Shown in pieces: positions 11,794 through 25,203 of a stretch of DNA of 64,000 nt. The position numbers were made by a program, and so were the translations under genes. Origin of the DNA: Coniocarpon cinnabarinum (Eukaryota); contig JAVECO010000022.1 in the NCBI GenBank assembly GCA_051942205.1, positions 1 to 64,000 of the forward strand, given 5' to 3'. The first letter of the stretch is position 1, and each line of letters begins with the position of its first letter. The notes below the pieces were generated by a model. The model saw nothing but the letters and a program-made list of their open reading frames with translations, was not told the DNA's origin and made no database searches.

Positions 11794-12946
11794 ATTACTA
11801 TGCTCACGTGCTTCGGATAGACCAAAACGAGAAAATAATTTGCGCAAGCTGCAAAAAATGTTATGCGAAGGTCAGTGCCTTCACACTGCATCAAATGCAG
11901 TCACGTAGGACTTTCGCCCAGCACCCTCTTGCCATCAGCCTTTACATATTTAGTCAAGAGAAGCAACAAGTGACGATGCTGCAAGCTATGTGTTCACTGC
12001 TGACTTGCTGCCTGTACATTATGAAAATTAAAAGCACAGAGAAGTCAGATACTTGCGCGATTCCTCGCGCAACAATGTAATATAGATTGTTCAAGCTTGC
12101 GTGTAATTTGAGGTAGCACTGCTCTATCAATGACTTGCTCGCGACTAGTAGAAGCACATATTTTTATACCGTATAGAAAAGTTGTTTCTTTCTATCGTAC
12201 GAGATACTATACTGAGGAAACGAGATCAAATTGGCTGCGCAAAGGCAATACTCTATAACAGTAGGTCAACCTTCCAAAACAACAGCTCTATGTCTTATTT
12301 CCAGAGTACTTATAAATCTATGCTATATTACCCTATTAGCCAATTACTCTGCAAACGCTTTTCGCAATTCGAGAAATATTAGTGTTAATCTACTACATTA
12401 CAAGTCTGTATTCTTACAGAATTAGGTATATCAAACAACTCTCCTATACTCTAAGCTGCTATACCCCAGCAACTATGAGCATCAAGTACTAGATATAACA
12501 ACATCTACATCGATCCTTCCTTTTTCTAATCTATTAGAGACATATTGCACGATCTCCCTCGGGACATGATCTTCGCAGATGCAGATCTTCCGAGTAGTTA
12601 ATCAACCACGTAAAAAGACAGCGAGAACGCCGTTTGTGGTATTTTGCGGCGTTAATTACATGTGCAAGCTACCTCAGCTGGCGCTCTGATGGCGCGAGTC
12701 TCTCATACATCAGATGTGTGCAGTAAAAGGTCTCATGAACCATTCGATCTCATCAGTCGTACATGTTTTCGAGAGCATCAAATGCTAATCCGACACCGGG
12801 CTCCCCCGTCTGACCAGACACAACGACGGCTTTCCAGAATCCCAACACATGAAAGACTACTCATGCTCACTGCAAGACCGTCTCCAATATCCATTGTCAT
12901 CAACGGAGACAAAAAGCTGCCGTCAATTCATGAATCAGTCATGCTT

Positions 12947-15305
12947 TCATCCACCAAGCAACCCTGTCGCCCCTTCAACTTGTCTAACAAGCACATCCAA
13001 CCACCGATAGAAAGCCTCCGCATCACCTGCATCCACCGCTTCTACAAGACCAGGGAATGTCGCACCCGCGTACCCCGTCCATAGACCAGGCGCAAACACC
13101 GTGTGTTTGAACCAAGACCGACCGTCTAATCCAGGCTCATACAAGAACTGCCGTTCAAGCAGCTTGTACGCATTATTCGTGCGACGCGCTTTCGTAAATT
13201 GCATCTCCGTAACTCTAGAATCACTTTCCATCTCCTTCGCCAAGGTCCTAGCACTAGCATCAAAAGCCAAAGCAGTCGTTCTGAACCCCTCAATAGCCTC
13301 CTTCAATTTCGTAAGTCGTAGTGGCATTGTCATCTTCTCAGCCTCCTCCACCATCGTCTCAACTTTATCAGCGTACTTCCCCAACGCCACCGCATAATTC
13401 GTCGCATTGAACGGCAGCACCGGCGCCTCCACTAGCTTCGCCGCGAGAACTCCCCACACCTTCGCGATAGCGACGTGGTAATGCCATCCCGGATCGCCGA
13501 ACGTATCCATCCAGTGGAAACTATCGTAGTTAGAATGATAGTGGTATACTGGATTTTTATCTGTAGTGTCTGCGCTCGGATTCTCACCGAAGCCCATGTC
13601 GATGCTGGGGACTCCAGCGTAGTCCTGAAACGCAGTGAAGTCACTACCTGAGCCCATTGTTTTGATGGGGCGGTCCCAGAGGTCGCCGACGGTTTGGCCT
13701 TCGGTGCTCTGATTGGGTGAGGCGACGGCGTGTGTGGTGTCGATCAGGACGGAATCCAGCAGAGGTGCGGCTGCTGCTGTGAAATCTGTCCCTCGTGTTC
13801 CGACGTCGACATTTAGATATGCGATTGCAGAGGAGGAGAGCCAAGGGAGGTATTCTTCTACCCATTCTGTGGAGCCGACGAGGCCGTATTCCTCACCGTC
13901 CCAGGAGGCGAGCACGATCGTGCGGTGAGGCTTCCAGCCTTTCGACAACGCGGTTCCGAAACTTCTGATGACTTCGTTGAACGCTGCAGAGCCGCTGTTC
14001 GGGTCGCCTGCGCCGCCTGCGATCCAGGCATCGCGATGGTTGCCCATCACGAGAGCCTCATCCGAATTTGTGCCGTTGATGACGCCAATGACGTTCCATA
14101 TGGGCGTCGTGACATAGTGGACGTTGTTGATTAAATTGAGTGTCAGGCTTGGAGGCGAGGGCCCGATGTTGTAGTTCACACCCTTGGGTCGAAGAGCGCC
14201 ATTCTGCCAGTATTGGCTGAAGGCCGAAGCATCTGGGCCGTGGCCGTTGAGCGCTTTGAGGATCGGGATGGCATCCTCGTATGATATCGGAAGGGATGGA
14301 ATGCGGGGAATGGCGTTCTCTGTGTCTGCGCGAGGGACGCCGGGTTTCGAAGGATAGCCAGGAGTCGTAGGGTCACCAGGAGCGAAACCTGGCGTGTTAG
14401 CTTTGCCCTTCCTATCTCGCGGCCTTTGATGACTCACTGAGAAATTGCGTGCTGCCACGCTGAACGCTGCTGGGATTGCGCGCTGGGCCGTTGGGATACT
14501 GGTCCTCAGGGTCCCAACTCTGAATTCCGTCCTCACTGGGATCAGTATACATGACCACACCGACCATTCCCATCTCTTGCGCGCGCTTCACCTTCAGACC
14601 TCTGAAGATGTGGCCATATCTCACGACGGCGATCTTGCCCTCAAGGTCAATGCCTGCGCGCTGTAGTTCTTCGAAGTCCTGATAGGCGCCGTAATTGCAA
14701 AACACGTATTGCGCAGTCACATTGCCTGCCGCTGAATATCCATGGAATGTAGGAATACGATTCGATAGATTAGTTGTTGAGTCCTCCTCAAGCTCGTCTT
14801 CCGCTAGCTTGCTCTCATACTTGACTTTCGAGGAATCTTTTAAAAGCGCCAATCGATTTGTGCCATTGGGATAGTTTGTGTAGACCTCGTACTCGACCAG
14901 CTTCGCATCTTCTACACCAAAGTCCCGCCATCGATCTTTCGTCCATTCCGCCTGTGACTTATTCTGACCCATAAGATGCGGCCCCGCCGTGTAATATTGA
15001 CTCCATTCGCGAACCTGATCCTCGTCTGGTGTTCTCGTGAGGACGTCCACAAGCTCAGTGTATGAGAATCCTCTCGAGGCATGGAATTCCTGTAATCCCA
15101 CTCTTGAAGCGAAATCTGCTCGCTTCTCGGGCGTCGTCACGACAAAATAAGCGATCATAGGCAGACCAACGGCCAGCGCGGTCACCAAGAACGCGGTGCA
15201 GGCCCGCCGCAGGGTCTGGTGGGGATATCGCTGCCGGGAGGGGGCGACTGGCGCCCTCTCCAGCAGTGGCGTGTGTTCCGAAGACATGTTGTGCTTGTCG
15301 GACAT
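12947..15305 (-). CDS. Type II membrane glutamate carboxypeptidase II-like protein (PA + peptidase M28 + TfR dimerisation domain; Vps70/Tre-like)
   Basis: N-terminal TM segment, PA domain (FRGLKVKRAQEMG), GNHRDAW, GAGDPNSG, SWDGEEYGLVGSTEWVE and YHYHSNYDSFHWM motifs. Intron at 14389-14437. Confidence 0.9.
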
Positions 15306-16663
15306 CCCCTTCTATGCTCGCGTGCGGCGTGAAGAGGAATTCGACATGAGACGACGGCAGCACGGGCAGGAGGGGACGAGCTATTCAATGATGCGCACCT
15401 CGGCTTCTTCGGTCAAGCATACAGCGACGTATCGTGTACTGTCTAATGAAGCTAGCGTACTTTGAACGCACTCTCGTGCCAAAACCTACAGGTGTTGCGA
15501 CGAGGTCATCTAGTACTTCACATCATACCCAGAATCTAATACAGACGCTGTCGCTATGGCCAGTATGTTATTTGAGAATGCCGGATCTCTTCATTCACGT
15601 ATTAATGCGAATCGTAGAGTCAAAGAACTCGTCCCAACATAACCAGAACAAGAAGGCCCACAAGAACGGGTATGAGCATCTTCCAACACTCGCATGATGC
15701 TTGCGCATCTTCCCCGAGATCAAAATAAACACAAGCCGCGGAACAGAGGGCAGAAGGTATGCTGACCACGCTGCAGTATCAAGAGACCAAAGACATACCG
15801 CTACCGCTCCCTTCGCGGCACAGACTCCAAGTTTCGCCGCAATCATAGATATGCTCTGCATGGGACTGCAAGGGCACTAGTGCGTTTTACTGGATATTTG
15901 ACGAGCTCCAAATGGGACACTAATCATGGTTGAACAGAGAGAGGTGAAAGAGGGGAAACGAGAAACGGCATGACGTGACCCCCAAGGAGATGAACAGCAG
16001 GGAGGAAGGAAGCTTGAGCAGATCGAGGATGGACGACTCAATGACAGCCGCTCGAATCTCGAACGAGCGCTGTCTCAGCAAATGCGCTTCCAATCGCAGT
16101 GAATGAATTTAGAAAATCCTCCAAAACATGTTTTTTATTACGCGGGAACGTTGCAACAACCATCGAGCCGTAAGACCCACAGAATGGCATTAGTGTGTAC
16201 AGCACCGCATCTTGTCAATGATGACCTTGCTGAAGGGATATCCATCGTGCCAAGACAAGTATCTCCCTTCTCTTTACCAAACGCTTTTCTTAGCGCAAGC
16301 AGTGAGGTCAAGCGTATGGTGAGAAGGGAACAAATGCAACGCTGAAGATTGACAATATTATGAAGAAAACTTGCATTTTGCGTTCAGCGTTTTCTTGCCG
16401 CTGCGGTATTCTTCCATTCATCAAATCGATTCTCTATCTGCTCCTTCAGGGAAGCCATACATTTCATCCAGGGCTTCTCCATCAACGTAATCTGCACATC
16501 TCGGATGTCTGTCCAAAGATCCTGACTTGCTTCATGACCAATCAGGCAAATATCCAATCGCCAATGGTATTTCCAACGCCTTGCAATGCCGCTCAAATGT
16601 TTTGTTGATAGCTCACTGTACAGCGCCAAAAGTCAGATTGCTCTTACATTAGTGTTCCCTTGC

Positions 16664-17582
16664 TCATGGTTCGTTTAACCGATCCAGTGTCGCGATACTC
16701 AATATCATTATAAGCAAGCCGATGGTGACTACAACGAACAGGCCAAAGCCAAACCAGCCGAGAATCATGGCAGTGGTGCCAACGCCACTCTTAACACTGC
16801 CGTTGCCGAAGTCTTTGGCTATTTGTGAGGCAGCCACTGAGGCTGTGTGTTGCCATAGCACTGAAACGAGGACGAATATCGAGGCGATGAAGATCAGAGC
16901 CAGAGCGACCTGAGAGACCGCACGGGACGGGAATGGCTTGACTTCGACTTCCGAAGATGTGTCCGGATCGCGTTCGGCATGCCAGCCGGGGAATGTTGCC
17001 AGCAAGAGGAAGCAAATGAATGCAAAGATAATGGCAATGATGCTGCGAATTTGTTAGAATGGGCTCAGCTTGACAAGGTTATCGGGAAAATACTCACAGT
17101 AGGTATGGAAACACGACACTATCCTTGAACGTGTTGGCCACCCAGATTAGGTTGAGCGGGTCGTGGTCGATCGTGATCTGTTCCGCCAGCTGAGTTGCAT
17201 TGTTGCTACACAGGTAGGACCCGCCATCCGGATTGATGCAGATGCCGAAGTATCCCACTCGGACCTCGAGCATAGCATTTCCAACAATGTTGGCTATCGC
17301 GGACACAACGCCGGGATCGACTTGGGACGGGTCGAAGGTAGGTGTGTAGTGCTGGTAATAGAAGTTGATCAGGAAGATTCCTGGAATTCCAGGGGAAGAT
17401 GACGAGCATCCTGCTAGCAGTAATGCTACCGAACCTTGTCAGTTGTGTCGAAGAAGATCCAGTCTTTCAAAGGACTCACATAGGAGGACGATCGCAATGG
17501 CTATCAGTATCATGAGCAGGTGATGATACCCCAAGAACGGCAGGAATCGGCCAAAGCCGACTCCAAAACGTGCTCGAGCCAT
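16664..17582 (-). CDS. FIG1: Fig1-family (claudin-like) Ca2+ regulator / cell fusion membrane protein
   Basis: Spliced model MARARFGVGFGRFLPFLGYHHLLMIL...LLLAGCSS...EVRVGYFGIC..C...ATFPGWH...LWQHTASVAA with introns at 17426-17479 and 17043-17097; about four TM helices. Confidence 0.8.
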
Positions 17583-18631
17583 GCCTCCTCACTGCTCCCC
17601 GACAGCTTGAGGAATGGAGGCAGGTCAGGAATGCGTGGAGGAGAGGGTTTCGTAAAGAACGTCGAAGCGGACTTTGCAGTAGGCTTCTAGCTTGAAGAAA
17701 GTCAGATAAAGATGTTCAAGCAAGTGACGAAAGATCAAGGACACTCATCAGCTCGCAAAGCCTCTTCTTCCGCCATGACGCCTGTTGAGGATAATCTGCG
17801 TGGCTTGCAATCTCGTGGCGCTCCAGCCCACTTGTTTTTTTCGAGTGGCTGCCATAGCAACTCAGGGCGCTAAGGCTAAAATCGCACTAGCGCTTGCCCC
17901 GCGCTCCTTCGCGTTTGCAAAAATCTCCGATGGCCCTGCAAGCAAGTAGGTACTCATGTACGCGGGCTTGTTCCAATAGCAAAGTTTTGGGATAGGTATT
18001 AGATTACAATCGCGGTGCTAGGGTAGACAAAAGCCAGAGCATGCAGGAAATCGCGACTTTAATCGGCGGAAAGCAAGCCATTCAACATGCTCGACAGTAA
18101 TTAACTGATTTGCGATCAGTATACGTAGACCTTGAGGAGGTAAATTCTGTTGCATTGTTTGTGCAAACCACTGAAGCGGGATATCTTGGAACACGCATCA
18201 AGATACCTATGCATAAGCAGGGATTCGCACGTGAAAAAGTCGCATCCGTAGAGGCATGTTCTGGCGGACGTGTTTACCCAACTGGGTCAATGCGGATTTC
18301 TCACGTCATGAGCGTGCAGGCGGGGCTGAAGCTCAGCATTGGCGCTGCGCCAGGCACCAGACTTGAATTGGAGCTCTTGCGGACCAGATGGCGTGACTGT
18401 TCACGAATCACCACTTAACTAAAATATGTAGCAAAGAAGCCCAGCAGCAAGCGAAGAGGACGACTAGAAATTTTGCTGTTTCAATTTGAATGGAATTGTA
18501 GGGGTATCAAAATGCTAGTAGTCTATCCATCAGGAATGTGTCATCTGGAGAGAGATGCACACGATCTGTAGTCACTACGGGCCAGGACTCGTCTCACTGA
18601 TGCCCACCACGAACTTAACTCTGGCGTTCGT

Positions 18632-19016
18632 TTACTTCTTGTCGCCGAGACCAGTCGCGTTCTTGATGGTGTCGGTGATGCCTCCGGCAGTACCACCGTG
18701 CTCGTGCTCGTCTTTGGAACGGCCAGTCTTGTCAGAGATCTTCTGAGTCGTAGACTTGGAGTCGTCAGACTGGGCAGAGCTGCAGGTGTGTCAGTGGTCA
18801 ATTTCAGGCGGCTAAAAGGCAAAGAAGAAAACTCACCGGCCCAGCTTGTCACCAACGTCAGTGGCACCCTCCTTCAGCTTCTGCTGCTCAGACTTGGTGG
18901 AGTCGGGAGTGATGGTCTCAGAGACCTCTGATAAGGATGGTAAGCGAGACATACTCCAAAGCATCGCCACGATGAAGTATACTGTCAGAGAAGTTCTTGC
19001 GTCCAGCGTCAGCCAT
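18632..19016 (-). CDS. HSP12: Small hydrophilic heat-shock protein Hsp12/Hsp9 family
   Basis: Missed by the ORF track. Three exons read MADAGRKNFSDK-VSETITPDSTKSEQQKLKEGATDVGDKLGR-SAQSDDSKSTTQKISDK...TIKNATGLGDKK*, matching the Hsp12 pattern (MSDAGRK.FS.K...PDS.KS). Confidence 0.88.
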
Positions 19017-19772
19017 GTTTGCTGATGTTCTGCTGTGATTGATGTGTGTTTGGTTACTGCTCGATGGTTTGCAGATGAAGTTTGGTAATGTGTGGAAGAT
19101 GTTCGATGTTAGGGAAACTCAAAATGAAGAGAGGAGGGCGGCACGTTAAGTATTCGTTGAAAAGACAGAAACAGAAGGCACGCGGCGTCGTCATCACCGC
19201 CACAAGAGTGCAGAGCAACGGACAAACTTGGCAAGCACATCCGCGAATCTCGATCCCGATGTGCCTTGCAGATGCTTGGTTGCTCTGCTTCGGGCCAAGC
19301 GTCACGGGTCCATTCCAGATCCACCCCAATGACGTCGCCAATCCATCTTCATGCGCCACAACTGTCCAATGCGAATCAATCTTTGGGCGGCGCAATGGAG
19401 CTGTGTACGTAACGTTCAGCTCCTCAGGTATGACCGAGGCAACTGCGTCGTCTGTATCACATGCTATCGGCGAATGAACACAGTCTAACTGTAGCGAAGC
19501 CACATGACCGTCACGTCGTGAATAGAGACAGGCACCTATTCAATCACCGGGTAATGGGTACACGTCGAGACCAGAACTCGAGGGAGCTTCGGCTCCGCGT
19601 GTATCGATCTCAGAACCCTGTAATTCTTACAGCGACCAGCCGCAGGCTTGTCAGCTAAATATACACGTGATGCGTGACGAGCAAGCACAGCTCGACCTTG
19701 GAAATCCATTATTCAATTGCCTTGACGCCGTCGCTGATGCACGCACAAATCGAAGCTTGCCATCGTCCTGAC

Positions 19773-22479
19773 TTATTCTCCACTATCTTCTGCATCCTCA
19801 ACGTGGGCTGCCCGCCCTTTTCCCTTTTCTGTCTGCGACTGGTCTCTCGTGGAGGTTTCTGGGCTCTGATCTTGAGCTGAAGACCATTGCAGGATGTCCT
19901 TGGGTTGAGAATCAACTCCTCCGTTCGGCTTTTGTTCGTTCGGTTTTGAAGCGTCGCCTGCACTCCCTGTTTGTGGGACATCTCCCATGGCGGACGAGTA
20001 GTCGGGGGTCGAATGGCGTCTAGCGTCTTCACCACGGCGACCGTTATCTGCCGAAAGCACGTCTTGCTCATTGTGATTCTGTGACGATACAGGGCCTTGA
20101 GACCTTTGCGCTGCTGCTGATGCAGCCATCTCTTGACCGGCATTCTGTTGGGGCGGCATGCTCTGTGCAGCTTGATGTGGAGTTCTCGGCGGTGTGCCCT
20201 GAGCTTCGTGTGGAGATATCGGTGGGGCAGGCGCAGCCACATTTGAAACGCTCGAGCTCGGTTGATTGCTCGTAGCTTGTGAGGTGTTGACAGTCGCTTG
20301 ATCCCTTGAGCCAGGTCCACTTGCTGCAGTGTTTGCTGTGGCTTGGGGTTCATTCTGAAATGTTTGCGGTCTGGTCCCGTTGACTTGAGGGGCCATTTGA
20401 CCATAAAAATGAAAGTTCATCGTGGAGTGAGATCCGCTGACACGATTCAGCGGGAGTAAGGACCACCCCTCAGGTAATGTCATACCCTCTGGGAGATTCG
20501 CGTCTCCAGCACGGAATGCCTCTGCCTGGGGTTGAGCACTCAAGAATTGCTGATCATTCAAAGAGGACGGGGGAAGTGCGCCGCTTGAATGTCCTGTGTG
20601 CAACCCTGAAGGCGCATTGTTGCTTGAATGTATTGACCTTAGACGCCCTAATTCTGCAGCCATTGCATGTATGTAACGAAGCTCCGACTGTGCGATTTGC
20701 AAACTGTTAGCTTCTTGCAACAGCCGCGCCTGGATGTTGTTGAGGTCCGTAGATATATTAGAGGTCGAGGCATTTTGGGTACCGCCGGTGGACTCATTGG
20801 GTCCGGGAACTGCGCCGTTCGGACCTTGGCTGTCATTACCCTGATTCTGCATCTGATTGATTGCATCTCTAACATTGACGCCTTGTCCAGTCGCAAAGGT
20901 CAATCGATAGCCGCCAAAATTGAATGTGCGCATGCGATTGATCCCCGGCAAGTTGCCACGGCCTTGCTGATTGCCTTGCTGGTGCGGTTGGCCGTGCGCA
21001 TGACCATGAGCGTGGTCATGATGCTGCTGCTGATTTTGAGCCTGCTGGTTGCCAGAATTTGGCGGAACACCATTTGCTCGCGCACCCTGACCAGACGAGC
21101 TGCCCTCCGCGCTAGGGGCCAAGACTGATCGCCGGCAAGTTGGGCAGACTTGTTGACGTTCCAACCAGCTCCGCAGGCAGCCAAAATGGAGAATGTGGCC
21201 GCACGGCAGCTTTTTGGGGCGTTGCCGTTCATCAGGCGGTGAACGATGCGCACGCGTTTGGTTTTGTCCGACATTGGTGTCAGGGGGAGGTGCTTGCCAG
21301 GGTCTCATCTCTTCTCGGCAAATGATACATGTGCCATCTCTTCGCAGCTCCTCGGGCGTGGCATCTGGGTATCTCGTATTCATGTCTCGTGTCGCATTTC
21401 GGTACTTTAAGTAATCGTTAATCCGTTTCAAGAAGGAGCGAGTGGTGATGAAGAGATCTCGGAACATGTGAATAGGCAGACCAGCGAACAGGATGAGGAT
21501 GAGGAAAAAGGTCATGTAAAACACGAGCTTCAGAAAGTCTGCGCAGACTCATTAGTACCGACACATTCGATTTAGAGCTCCATTGCATGCATTTGCGTAC
21601 CTGTTGTGAGATCGAGGAACAGCACCCATTTTCCCTTCTCTTGCCACCCCGGCACATCGATCTCATTCTCATCGACTTCGATACGTTCATGAAGGCTGGG
21701 ATGGGAGGAGTTGACGGTACCGTTGGGCTGGCCACCTTGTCGTCGTGCTGCGAGCTCACGCTCTGCACGAATCTCTTCTCGGCGCTCTTCGATTTTGGCT
21801 TGAGTTTGCTGTCTGATAATGAGTCTCTCCCACAACGCCAGACCATACCTGGACAATGTTGATGCGGAATTGATGGACAGGATCGCGAACTCAAAGATGA
21901 ACATGATCATCATGCCGGCCTTGGGTGCTCGTTGATCAAGGATAGTTTGGACACAGTACCGAAGCATGAGCAGATCGAACAGCTCAGAGATGACCAAAGA
22001 GGTTGTCAACCTGGCATAGAATGTCTTTGGATGAGCAGGGGGCTGTTGCTCCATGGTTTCGACACGGCCCTCGCCTATCCAACCCCAGACTTTGCCCGCA
22101 AGCAGAGTCATGAACATGAGGAAGAAGTAGCCGCCAACTTCATCTCGAAATGTCGTCATGGCCAAGGCTGTCTCCGTGATTGCATACCAGGCCTTGTCCC
22201 ACAATTGTTCAACTTCGATCGCTCTCAGGGACCCATAGAGCAGTCTTTGTAGGCCGTACATTGAGGCCGCCAGCGTAAGGAGCAGCATGTTGAGGAGTAT
22301 CATACGACATGCTGTGCTTTGTCCGAGGTAGACTGTTGCGGAATAGAAGTTGGGGCGTTCGTGGAAGGCCTTGAGCACGACTGCAGCCGCTGCGGCCGCA
22401 GAGGCCTGGAGGAGCATTAGCAGAAGCCTGACGTGAATTGAAGGCCTTGAGTTACCCCAACGTAGGCTGCGCGCCGCAT
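19773..22479 (-). CDS. HRD1: ERAD E3 ubiquitin ligase Hrd1 (multi-TM + RING-H2)
   Basis: Starts MRRAAYVG, then intron; FHERPNFYSATVYL, YGSLRAIEVEQLWDKAWYAITET, GLPIHMFRDL, and RING CIICREEM...KKLPCGHILHFGCLRSWLERQQVCPTCR. Two introns. Confidence 0.95.
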
Positions 22480-22964
22480 GGCCTTATGATTAAGCGTCAA
22501 GCACGCTTCATATCTGTATTTGCTTAGCAGTTGAAGCCCATAGCTGGGACGCGAGACGAGGCAAGATGTGGATAGGCTGGCAACTGTAGAGATGATACCC
22601 TCTGGTAACGTCGGATCATCGCTGCGGGGACGACGAAGCGCAAGGCCGACATGCAAATGGTCGTACGCTTTCTCTACCCTGCCAGTGCGCTCAGCTTTTC
22701 GTCTGGATTGATCCATACCTGAATTCTCAGGCGTTTGATGGTATCTCGGTGTTCTGATCTCCGGCCTCGGCCCACGCGGGGCTTTGCCAATCGGGTCCCG
22801 ACCATCTGCGTGTCAATGCGTTCAAGACTTAAAAATGTCTTTCATTTAGCTGTTTCCACCGTTACTCATCTTTGACGAACACCTGACCCTTTACTCACAG
22901 CAAGCCACTGGCGCCACCATACCCCAGGATTCAAAATTACTTTTCCCTTGGTGGTACCGTCAAC

Positions 22965-24450
22965 ATGGCCACATACGCGCTCCCAGATTCCCACAGGGAT
23001 TTAATGGAAACTTCTCTGAAGACGCTGGATCCCGATATTGCAGAGATCATGGTACGAGACGACCATCACTTCTTAACAACGTGTTCTAAGCTAACTCTTG
23101 TGTTAGCGCAAGGAGATCCAACGACAACGAGAATCTATCCTCCTCATCGCCTCCGAAAATGTCACTTCTCGCGCAATATTTGACGCACTTGGCTCCCCCA
23201 TGTCCAACAAATACTCAGAAGGATACCCTGGTGCACGATACTATGGTGGCAATGAGCACATTGACGAGATTGAACTATTATGCCAGAAGCGCGCCCTAGA
23301 GACATTCAGACTCGATCCTGAGAAGTGGGGCGTGAACGTCCAGGCACTGAGCGGCAGTCCAGCCAATCTACAGGTGTATCAAGCCATTATGAGACCTCAT
23401 GAACGCCTGATGGGTCTCGACCTTCCTCATGGTGGCCACTTGTCCCACGGATATCAAACACCGCAACGGAAGATCTCTGCTGTGTCCACATACTTTGAGA
23501 CGTTCCCTTACCGGGTGAACCTCGAGAGCGGCATCATTGACTACGAGACATTGGAAGAAAATGCCTTGATGTACCGGCCTAAGACTCTGGTTGCTGGCAC
23601 AAGCGCTTATTGTCGGACCATCGACTACAAACGCATGCGCGAAATTGCCGACATGGTCGGCTGCTACTTCATGGTAGACATGGCACACATTTCGGGCTTG
23701 ATCGCTGCTGGAGTCAATGACTCTCCGTTCGACTATGCTGACATCGTTACGACAACTACTCACAAATCGCTGAGAGGACCACGAGGTGCCATGATCTTCT
23801 TCCGAAAAGGCGTGCGGAAGCAAGATCCAAAGACGAACAAGGAGATCATGTATGACCTTGAAGGACCGATTAACTTCAGTGTTTTTCCTGGTCATCAAGG
23901 CGGACCGCACAATCACACAATCACGGCTTTGGCGGTCGCGTTGAAGCAAGCTCAGACATCAGAATTCAAGCAATACCAAGAGCAGGTAATCAAGAACGCT
24001 AAAACTCTGGAGCATGAATTCAAGGCCCTTGGATACCGATTGGTCACCGGTGGCACTGACAACCACATGGTCCTCTTGGATCTTAAACCTGTCCCTCTGG
24101 ACGGCGCGCGTCTCGAAGCAGTATTGGAGCAAATCAACATCGCATGCAACAAGAACACGACTCCTGGTGACAAGTCTGCGCTAACGCCCATGGGAATTCG
24201 CATTGGAGCGCCAGCAATGACCTCTCGAGGCATGGGCGAAGAGGACTTCAAGCGCATCGCAAAATACGTCGACACATCCATCAAATTATGTAAGAAGATC
24301 CAAAGCGAGCTGCCAAAGGAAGCCAACAAGCTCAAAGATTTTAAAGAGAGAGTCGCTAGTGGCAAAGTACAAGAGATCAACGATTTGAAGAAAGAAATAG
24401 CCAGTTGGGCAGTGACATTCCCTCTCCCAGTCTCTGGTATCAATGCATGA
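22965..24450 (+). CDS. SHM2: Cytosolic serine hydroxymethyltransferase
   Basis: [29 protein letters not shown] and [13 protein letters not shown] (PLP lysine). No mitochondrial presequence. Intron at 23052-23106. Confidence 0.96.
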
Positions 24451-25203
24451 GCTCATGCATCATGCACGCCAAAGCGTATGTGAGGCACCGAATAGCGTCT
24501 TTGAGGGGTGTCCAGTCTACGCCTCCACCTTCGCGACCATCTGATCAGTGGCTCGACAACAATCGGGCTTTCGGCCGGTCTTTGTTTTGGAAGCATTCGA
24601 ATGTGTCTTTCGTTTGTCTACTGAAGCTTGCAAACATTCATCACGCTTGCAGCTAAACGTATAGGGGCCGTGTATCTGTGCATGTACAGTTATGATGGAC
24701 GATATCTTCAACGACACCATTTTGCAGCATTTAGCGTCAGGCGCAAGGTTTGGAAACTGGGTGGCACTCAACGCCTCTGTCACTGGTAATGTCTATATGT
24801 TTCAACATTGAGATCGATGTGAATGTCTAGAACATCTAAGGTATATTAATTGAAAACCAAGGTAAAAACAGGAAAGTCATGGACACAGCTCCGGATGCAG
24901 AGGTGGCAGCCGCCGAGCGAGGATCGTCGCTGCATGGCCAATGGATCCGACCACAGCTCTGCCAATGAAACTGACCACGCGCCTTCTTCATGTCTTTGTG
25001 CCTGCAGACGCGTTTGATTTACGGCATGTTGTGACAATCGAGACGTAGACGCTAATTTGACAACAGTGGCTTGCTGGAACAGCCGGTGTGACTCGACTTC
25101 CTCGTACATATTCGGTGCTCTCCGATGCTGCTGCGTCCTTGTCCTTCTTTCTCGCAACCTGCTTCTGGTTGCGCCCACCCACTACGGGTGCTGAGTTGCA
25201 CCC

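Noticed and set aside
15434..16650. Short ORFs between the M28 peptidase and FIG1
   Set aside because: No motifs or consistent exon chain; more plausibly FIG1 3' UTR and peptidase promoter.
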